Below, in pieces: positions 28,378-34,848 of a stretch of DNA of 34,848 nucleotides; position 1 is the stretch's first letter; the number at the start of each line of letters is the position of its first letter. Origin of the DNA: a bacterium (GTDB lineage Bacteria > SZUA-182 > DTGQ01); contig JBFMGO010000058.1 in NCBI GenBank assembly GCA_040752695.1, forward strand, positions 1 through 34,848, written 5' to 3'. The notes under the pieces were generated by a model. It searched no databases, was not told the DNA's origin, and saw only the letters and a list, made by a program, of their open reading frames with translations. The position numbers and the translations under genes were made by a program.

Positions 28378-29174
28378 AAAATAAAATTACCGCTTCACGA
28401 ATGCTTGTTGTGGCTTTTTGTCTGGCAGTTATTTCCGGCCTGGCCGGATGCCAGGGGATGAAAGCCCGTTTGCAGGAATCGGAAAATCACTACGAATATG
28501 GGTTGCTTTATCTCCGTAATGGGAAGTATAATCTGGCTTTCGGCGAATTCCAAAAGGCCAGAGAGTTAAACTCGAAAGATGCCCGTATTTACAACGGATT
28601 GGGTTTGACATATTATTTTCAGGCCAAATTCAATCAGGCGGTCAAGGAATACCAGAGGGCAATCGAGTTGAACCCTCAATATCCGGAAGCCTACAATAAT
28701 CTGTCTGCTGCCCTGGCCAAAAAGGAAGAATGGCCCGAGGTTATCCGGTATGCCGGGAAGGCACTGGCGGTTTCGTCTTATACCACACCCGAACTGGCCC
28801 ATTTCAACATGGGAGTGGCTTACTTTCATCTGCAACAGTATGAGAAAGCCCGGGCTGAGTTTGAGACCTCATTGGAACTGGATGCAAATTACGCCGACAC
28901 TCACTATCATTTGGGCTTGACCCTGATGGAGCTCGATCAGTATTCGGCAGCTTCGAAGTCTTTCCAGAGGAGTCTGGAACTGCTCTCCATGGCAGAGGGC
29001 GGGCAGGAAGATCCACTGGCTGTGGATATCCGCTATCATCTGGCTCTGGCCTACTTGCAGAGTAATCAGAAAGACCTGGCTGCCAGGGAATTCCAGAAGG
29101 TGATCGATCTTGCACCGGACAGTGCCCAGGCCAAGGATGCTCAGCACTATCTTAATACGCTCGAAATGAAATGA
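28374..29174 (+). CDS. TPR-repeat lipoprotein (PilF/PilW-like)
   Basis: Lipobox LAGC and multiple TPR repeats (YNGLGLTY, PEAYNNL, YTTPELAHFNMG). Confidence 0.8.
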   Translation: MKNKITASRMLVVAFCLAVISGLAGCQGMKARLQESENHYEYGLLYLRNGKYNLAFGEFQKARELNSKDARIYNGLGLTYYFQAKFNQAVKEYQRAIELNPQYPEAYNNLSAALAKKEEWPEVIRYAGKALAVSSYTTPELAHFNMGVAYFHLQQYEKARAEFETSLELDANYADTHYHLGLTLMELDQYSAASKSFQRSLELLSMAEGGQEDPLAVDIRYHLALAYLQSNQKDLAAREFQKVIDLAPDSAQAKDAQHYLNTLEMK

Positions 29175-29256
29175 CCCCCTTGCGGGAGTTTTGTGAAGCG
29201 CGGGTCCCGTGAAACGAATGTAAGGGATCATTCATTACGTTTAAAGGAAGAAGAGA

Positions 29257-30213
29257 ATGGAATTAAAACCAAAGGGTTGGTTTAAACGGCTGTGCCAGGG
29301 GCTATCGAAAACTCACACTAATTTTGTGGGTGGGATTGAGAGGCTGTTCCGTGGTAAAAAATATATTGATGATGAATTATTCGAAGAGCTCGAAGAGATT
29401 TTGATTTTAGCCGATCTTGGCTTTCAAACCTCTCATGAGGTGGTGGAGCGGCTGCAGGATGAGGCCCGGCGGAAAAAGATCAAAGAAACATCTTCGCTCA
29501 ACAAGACGCTGCAGAATGAGTTGATGAAGATATTGGAACCCCTGCAATCTTCACTGGATATTTCGGGCCACTCTCCCTTTGTGATGATGGTGCTGGGAGT
29601 GAACGGGGTCGGTAAAACCACCACCATTGGCAAATTGGCTGCCCGCTTTAGCCGGCAGGGGAAAAAAGTGCTTCTGGCTGCCGGAGATACTTTTCGTGCT
29701 GCCGCCATCGAGCAGTTGGAAATCTGGGGCGAGCGGGCCGGATGTGCCGGAGTGATTAAGCATCAATCCGGTTCGGACCCTTCTGCAGTGATTTTTGACG
29801 CCATTCAGGCAGCTAAATCGCGGGATGCGAACTTACTGATTATTGATACAGCGGGCAGGCTGCATAACAAAAGTCATCTGATGGCAGAATTACAGAAAAT
29901 GAAACGTGTCATCTCACGGGAGATACCGGATGCCCCGCACGAAATCCTTCTGGTTTTGGATGCTACCACAGGTCAGAATGCACTTGTGCAGGCCCGGCAA
30001 TTCAATGAAGCTATGGAAGGAATCACCAGTCTGGCTTTAACGAAACTGGACGGAACAGCCAAAGGGGGTATCATTTTCAGCATTGCTCATGAGTTATCCA
30101 TACCGGTAAAGTTGATTGGTGTGGGTGAGGGGATAGAGGATCTGCGCGATTTTGAGGCTGAAGAATTTGTTTTGGCCCTGTTTCAAACCGCCGAGGGAAA
30201 TGCAGATGGATAG
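29257..30213 (+). CDS. ftsY: Signal recognition particle receptor FtsY
   Basis: GVNGVGKTTTIGKLA, DTFRAAA, DTAGR, TKLDGTAKGG, GVGE. Confidence 0.97.
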   Translation: MELKPKGWFKRLCQGLSKTHTNFVGGIERLFRGKKYIDDELFEELEEILILADLGFQTSHEVVERLQDEARRKKIKETSSLNKTLQNELMKILEPLQSSLDISGHSPFVMMVLGVNGVGKTTTIGKLAARFSRQGKKVLLAAGDTFRAAAIEQLEIWGERAGCAGVIKHQSGSDPSAVIFDAIQAAKSRDANLLIIDTAGRLHNKSHLMAELQKMKRVISREIPDAPHEILLVLDATTGQNALVQARQFNEAMEGITSLALTKLDGTAKGGIIFSIAHELSIPVKLIGVGEGIEDLRDFEAEEFVLALFQTAEGNADG

Positions 30214-31345
30214 AGAATATATGAATCAAGTCTTTAAACTGGCTGATCAAGGAAAGGGAAGGACTTCTCCTAATCCGATGGTGGGGGCCATCATTGTCAA
30301 AGACAATGAGATCGTGGGCCAGGGGTACCATGAGCGCTATGGTGCACCCCATGCCGAAATCCGGGCGCTGGAGCAGGCACGGGAAAAGGCCAAAGGAGCT
30401 ACCCTCTACATTAACCTTGAGCCTTGCTGCCATCAGGGGCAAACTCCACCCTGCACTGCGGAAATTATCCGCGCCGGTATTCAAAGGGTCGTCGTCGCCA
30501 CCAAAGACCCTAACCCTTTGGTCAACGGCCAGGGAATACGCGAGCTTAAGATGCAGGGGATCGAGGTTAAGACCGGAGTCCTGGAAAATGCCGCCAGAAA
30601 GTTCAATGAATACTTTTTTAAATATATCAGAATGAAAACGCCTTTCGTGATCCTGAAAATGGGCATGAGCCTGGATGGAAAAATGGCTACCAAAACAGGG
30701 GACTCGCGGTGGATAACCAGCAGCCTTTTGCGGGGCTTCGTTCACCAACTCCGCAATGAAATCGACGCCACCTTAGTAGGCATCGGTACGGTGATCAGGG
30801 ACAACCCGCGGCTGACCACACGGCTTAAGGATGGCCAGGGCAGGGACCCCAAACGGATTATCGTGGACAGCCTCCTGCGGATTCCCTTGAAGGCGCGGAT
30901 TTTTACTCAGCAATCGGAAGCGGAAAATATCATTGTAACGACAACCAATGCACCGGTTCAACGGGTAAAGGAACTGGAAAAAACAGGGGCCAGGATCATC
31001 TTCGGGAAAACCATGGGCAAGAATATGGTAGACTTGAAAGACATGGTCGTCAAGCTCGGTCAATTGCAGATAACCTCGATTATGATCGAGGGGGGGGCAG
31101 GAATCAACGGGTCCGCCATTCAGGCAGGGATTGTCGATAAGGTGATCATGTTTATTGCGCCCAAGATTATCGGTGGTGTTCGCGCTCCCAGTACCATCGG
31201 CGGCGATGGAGTAGCCCGTGTGGATGATGCCATTAAGTTGAATGACATCAAAACCAAGCGCTTCGGCAATGATCTGATGATTGAAGGATATGTCGAGAAG
31301 GCCCCCTCAGCCTGCATCTGGTCCCCCTTTGGATGCGGCGAGTAG
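30206..31345 (+). CDS. ribD: Bifunctional pyrimidine deaminase/reductase RibD
   Basis: T.PNPMVGA, HAE, LEPCCH.GQTPPC, SLDGK, D.P.LT.R, IEGG. ATG 30206 overlaps the ftsY stop. Confidence 0.96.
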   Translation: MDREYMNQVFKLADQGKGRTSPNPMVGAIIVKDNEIVGQGYHERYGAPHAEIRALEQAREKAKGATLYINLEPCCHQGQTPPCTAEIIRAGIQRVVVATKDPNPLVNGQGIRELKMQGIEVKTGVLENAARKFNEYFFKYIRMKTPFVILKMGMSLDGKMATKTGDSRWITSSLLRGFVHQLRNEIDATLVGIGTVIRDNPRLTTRLKDGQGRDPKRIIVDSLLRIPLKARIFTQQSEAENIIVTTTNAPVQRVKELEKTGARIIFGKTMGKNMVDLKDMVVKLGQLQITSIMIEGGAGINGSAIQAGIVDKVIMFIAPKIIGGVRAPSTIGGDGVARVDDAIKLNDIKTKRFGNDLMIEGYVEKAPSACIWSPFGCGE

Positions 31346-31366
31346 AGGAAAAGAAGGGATAAGGCA

Positions 31367-32044
31367 GTGTTTACCGGCATCGTTCAAGAAACAGGAACTG
31401 TTCTTGGAGTACATAAAAAGGGGGAAGTCATTAAAATCAGGATCGAGACCGCCCCGTCCACCGGCACCGATGACCGGATCGGAGACAGTATCTGCGTCAA
31501 TGGCGTCTGTCTGACGGTTGTTTCTTTGGATGGTCGTATCTATGAATTCGACCTCTCACCGGAGACAGCCAAAACAACCACACTGCAAGATGTACGGCCC
31601 CAAGATCTGGTCAATATAGAGCGGGCCCTGCGCCTCGGCGACCGGCTGGGAGGCCATATCCTGAGCGGGCATATCGATGGCATCGGATACGTAAGGAAGG
31701 TGCAAAAAACCGGCCAGCATTTCCGTTTGGGGGTTAAGCCCCCGGAAAGCGTTTCTTCTTACCTGGTCGAGAAAGGATCGATCGGTCTTGATGGAATCAG
31801 CCTGACGATTGCCTCCCTTAAAGATGACCTCGTGTGGGTGTCCATCATTCCTCATACCGCAGATATAACTACTTTGAAAGAAAAAAAAGCAGGTGATAAG
31901 GTCAATGTGGAAGCGGATCTTCTGGCCAAATATGTTCATCGCATTCTGAGCTGTCACCCCTTATCCGAGTCTTGCAACTTACAGAAAAACCCCTCCCAGC
32001 CCCTGGGAAGGGAATTTTTAGCCAAACATGGATTTTTATCATAG
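31367..32044 (+). CDS. ribE: Riboflavin synthase (alpha chain)
   Basis: MFTGIV start, [39 protein letters not shown]. Confidence 0.96.
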   Translation: MFTGIVQETGTVLGVHKKGEVIKIRIETAPSTGTDDRIGDSICVNGVCLTVVSLDGRIYEFDLSPETAKTTTLQDVRPQDLVNIERALRLGDRLGGHILSGHIDGIGYVRKVQKTGQHFRLGVKPPESVSSYLVEKGSIGLDGISLTIASLKDDLVWVSIIPHTADITTLKEKKAGDKVNVEADLLAKYVHRILSCHPLSESCNLQKNPSQPLGREFLAKHGFLS

Positions 32045-32067
32045 ATTGCGTGAGGGAGAAATGCTCT

Positions 32068-33279
32068 ATGTGTTTTAGCACGATTCCAGAAGCCCTGGAA
32101 GACCTTCGGCAAGGCAGAATGCTCATTGTCATCGATGATGAGGACCGGGAAAATGAGGGGGACCTCACCATCGCAGCGGAAAAAGTCACTCCGCAGATTA
32201 TCAATTTTATGGCCCAGTATGGCCGGGGACTCATCTGTCTGCCCATGACCGGCAGCCGGCTGGATGAGCTGAAGATCCCCATGATGGTTCAGGAGAACAC
32301 CTCCTCCTTCGGGACGGCCTTTACCGTGTCGATCGAGGCCAAACACCGAACCACTACCGGCATCAGTGCCGCAGACCGGGCAGCTACGGTTCTGGCCGCC
32401 ATCGATCAAAACACGAAGCCCGAAGATATTGCCCGGCCCGGCCACATGTTCCCCTTGCGTGCCAAAGATGGCGGCGTTTTGATGCGTGCCGGGCAAACCG
32501 AAGCGGCCATTGATCTGGCCCGGTTGGCTGGCCTGTATCCGGCAGGCGTTATCTGTGAAATCATGAACCCTGATGGCACTATGGCCAGATTGCCGTCCCT
32601 GATCGAATTTTCGAAGGAGCATAACGTCAAGTTGATTACCATTAAAGATCTGATCACCTACCGGCTCCGAACTGAGAAGTTCATTGTCCGGGCAGCCTCG
32701 TTTTCCCTCCCGACCATGTATGGTATATTCCGGTCAATCGCCTTTCAGAGCACGATCGACAGGCAGGTTCATATCGCACTGACCATGGGCGAGTGGTCCG
32801 ACGATGAAGAAGTTCTCGTTCGGGTGCATTCCGAATGCCTGACCGGCGACGCTCTTGGCTCTTTGAGATGTGACTGTGGGGCACAACTGAAAAAAGCCAT
32901 GGAGATGATCGCCCACAGAGGAAAGGGCGTTATCCTCTATCTTCACCAGGAGGGCAGGGGAATTGGACTGTTGAACAAATTGCGGGCTTACGAACTTCAG
33001 GATGGAGGCAAGGATACGGTAGAGGCCAACGAGGCCCTTGGTTTCCAGGCGGATCTTCGCGAGTATGGAATGGGCGCCCAGGTTTTGGCGGATTTGGGGC
33101 TTAAAAAAATCCAACTCCTGACCAACAATCCGCGCAAGATCGTCGGGCTTGAAGGATATGGCCTTGAAGTGACACGGCGCATACCGATCGAGATCGAACC
33201 ATGCCAGAATAATGCTCATTATCTAAGGACGAAAAAAGACAAGCTTGGCCACATGCTGACTATTGAGGAGAAAATGTAA
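32068..33279 (+). CDS. ribBA: Bifunctional DHBP synthase / GTP cyclohydrolase II
   Basis: [55 protein letters not shown] 32068 follows GAGGGAG. Confidence 0.96.
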   Translation: MCFSTIPEALEDLRQGRMLIVIDDEDRENEGDLTIAAEKVTPQIINFMAQYGRGLICLPMTGSRLDELKIPMMVQENTSSFGTAFTVSIEAKHRTTTGISAADRAATVLAAIDQNTKPEDIARPGHMFPLRAKDGGVLMRAGQTEAAIDLARLAGLYPAGVICEIMNPDGTMARLPSLIEFSKEHNVKLITIKDLITYRLRTEKFIVRAASFSLPTMYGIFRSIAFQSTIDRQVHIALTMGEWSDDEEVLVRVHSECLTGDALGSLRCDCGAQLKKAMEMIAHRGKGVILYLHQEGRGIGLLNKLRAYELQDGGKDTVEANEALGFQADLREYGMGAQVLADLGLKKIQLLTNNPRKIVGLEGYGLEVTRRIPIEIEPCQNNAHYLRTKKDKLGHMLTIEEKM

Positions 33280-33746
33280 TGCCCAAAATCATAGAGGGAG
33301 ACCTGACTGCTCAAGGAGTTAAATTCGGGATCATCGTGAGCCGGTTCAATGACTTCATCACCGATCGGCTGCTGAGCGGTGCACTTGATGCGCTCTTGCG
33401 CCACGGAGCAGCCGAAGATAATATAGAGGTTATCAAAGTACCGGGCTCCTTCGAGATCCCTTATGTAGCTCTCAAGGTTGCCCAAAAGAAGAAACATGAC
33501 GCCATCATTTGCCTTGGAGCCGTGATCCGGGGGAGCACTCCGCATTTCGAGTATATCAGTGCAGAGGTTACCAAGGGCATCGCCAAGGCATCCTTAGATA
33601 CCGGAGTGCCGGTCATTTTCGGGGTTATCACGACGGAAAACATCGAACAGGCTATCGAGCGGGCCGGCACCAAAGCAGGCAATAAAGGATGGCAGGCGGC
33701 CATTTCCGCCATCGAGATGGCACGGCTGTATCAGAAACTGGCCTAA
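33279..33746 (+). CDS. ribH: 6,7-dimethyl-8-ribityllumazine synthase
   Basis: [40 protein letters not shown]. Confidence 0.97.
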   Translation: MPKIIEGDLTAQGVKFGIIVSRFNDFITDRLLSGALDALLRHGAAEDNIEVIKVPGSFEIPYVALKVAQKKKHDAIICLGAVIRGSTPHFEYISAEVTKGIAKASLDTGVPVIFGVITTENIEQAIERAGTKAGNKGWQAAISAIEMARLYQKLA

Positions 33747-33747
33747 C

Positions 33748-33795
33748 CGGACCTTAAGGCAAGAACAGGGAACGGACCTTAAGGCAAGAACAGGG
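33748..33795. repeat. Perfect 23-bp direct repeat, 2 copies, 25-bp period
   Basis: cggaccttaaggcaagaacaggg at 33748-33770 and 33773-33795. Confidence 0.9.
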
Positions 33796-33808
33796 TGAGA
33801 AACTCCTT

Positions 33809-34246
33809 ATGGGTAAAAGGCGGCTAGCAAGAGAATTCGCTCTCCAGATCCTTTTTCAGTTGGATATAACCAAAGACCTTCCCCAGGAAGGAATCCGGCT
33901 GTTCTGGGCTACTCATGAGTATCCTGATGAAATCAAAGACTTTACGAATAACCTGGTTGAGGGGACTATGGAGCATTTAGCGTTCATCGACCGGTGCATC
34001 TCTTCCTTTGCTGCAAACTGGACGATCAGCCGCATGCCTACTGTTGACCGCAATATCCTGCGGCTTTCTACCTATGAAATTTTATTCAGGCCGGAAATTC
34101 CGGATAAGGTGAGCATCAACGAGGCACTGGAGATCGCCAAAGACTACGGTACGGATGAGTCCGTTCCCTTCATCAACGGCATCCTGGATAAAATAACCAA
34201 AGAGAAGGCCATGCTGCTCGCCTCCCTGGATTCTTCATCTCATTAA
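33809..34246 (+). CDS. nusB: Transcription antitermination factor NusB
   Basis: RRLAREFALQ.LF, W...R...VDRNILR, VSINEALEIAK.YG, FINGILD; follows ribH. Confidence 0.96.
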   Translation: MGKRRLAREFALQILFQLDITKDLPQEGIRLFWATHEYPDEIKDFTNNLVEGTMEHLAFIDRCISSFAANWTISRMPTVDRNILRLSTYEILFRPEIPDKVSINEALEIAKDYGTDESVPFINGILDKITKEKAMLLASLDSSSH

Positions 34247-34316
34247 AGGGGACTTATTTTTTGAAGGTAACCGTCTGAAAAATCAGATAATTATTCCTCC
34301 CTCCTTTCCTCGCTTC

Positions 34317-34332
34317 TGGAACAAAAATTGCA
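34317..34332 (+). promoter_or_regulatory. sigma54 (-24/-12) promoter
   Basis: TGGAAC-aaaaa-TTGCA with exact spacing, about 75 bp upstream of a GGAGG-led GTG. Confidence 0.6.
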
Positions 34333-34405
34333 CGTTTTTTGTCAGAGAAAATTTTCTATTAATGAAGTAAACGAGCAATACTAGATAAATGGAGGGTATT
34401 ATCTC

Positions 34406-34848
34406 GTGAAGGAAAAACATCTATGTTTTCTCAGACAAAATTTCTTGATCTGCGCTGTTCAAATATTTTTCACTTGTGTTATACTAAATGCTACATGGGC
34501 AGCACCTATAACCAGTACTTGGCAAGGGGGGATAGGGAATTGGACAGACTCTACGCGTTGGGACAACCCTGTGGGAGGTTATCCCAACAATACTGAGTAT
34601 AATTCTTATGCAGTGCATATTTATGGTACTCTCGATAGTGTGTTACTTAATACGAATATTGCGATAGACTCTCTCGATAATCATGGAACTCTCGGTATGC
34701 TCAATGGAGCGATTACCGTTACAATAAATAATACTGGTACTATAAACAGTAACGGCTCTGGCAGCACTTCCTATACGAGCACCATCAATGGTGGGCTGAC
34801 GAACGATGGCCAGATAAACCTGAACCGGGTCTCTTATTATGGCGGTAA
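34406..34848 (+). CDS. Secreted beta-strand-repeat surface protein (3' truncated; not in the ORF track)
   Basis: Manual translation: MKEKHLCF...VILNATWA-APITSTWQGGIGNWTDSTRWDNPVGGYPNN... Asn/Thr/Gly-rich and open to the window end. GGAGG RBS and a predicted signal peptide. Confidence 0.75.
   Translation, partial: MKEKHLCFLRQNFLICAVQIFFTCVILNATWAAPITSTWQGGIGNWTDSTRWDNPVGGYPNNTEYNSYAVHIYGTLDSVLLNTNIAIDSLDNHGTLGMLNGAITVTINNTGTINSNGSGSTSYTSTINGGLTNDGQINLNRVSYYGG

Noticed and set aside
29175..30205. FMN riboswitch ahead of the rib genes
   Set aside because: ribD overlaps the ftsY stop, leaving no leader, and the 82-bp gap before ftsY lacks RFN consensus.
33748..33795. CRISPR array
   Set aside because: Only two units with a 2-nt gap, no spacers and no cas genes.

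Overview
Bacterial chromosomal window; the gene content (sigma54 regulation, aroA'/aroB', DUF4911) suggests a Desulfobacterota/Nitrospinota-like organism, but this is a weak inference. The right part is housekeeping: aroA'-aroB'-DUF4911, dacB, a REC-GAF-kinase/NtrC-type activator/degenerate GGDEF module, UPF0182-TPR lipoprotein-ftsY-ribD-ribE-ribBA-ribH-nusB, and the start of a secreted beta-repeat protein. The left part is accessory: an AT-rich phytoene-desaturase-like gene, a 7TM dual histidine kinase, a CoA-disulfide reductase-rhodanese-TusA-DsrE fusion, an orphan phage-type AAA ATPase, two small membrane proteins, mrr, metG, an HMA2 protein with an atypical P1B ATPase, and a TRL-family protein. 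Three observations stand out. (1) metG is one continuous frame broken by a single in-frame TAG exactly at a conserved Trp. (2) A sigma54 regulon can be read from the DNA: the palindrome TRTGAA-N6-TTCATA lies 150-180 bp upstream of -24/-12 promoters both at the degenerate GGDEF gene and at an uncharacterised small membrane-protein pair 15 kb away. (3) A ferrosome-like HMA2/P1B-ATPase pair has a non-canonical DYGTG metal site and a long, apparently structured 5' leader.
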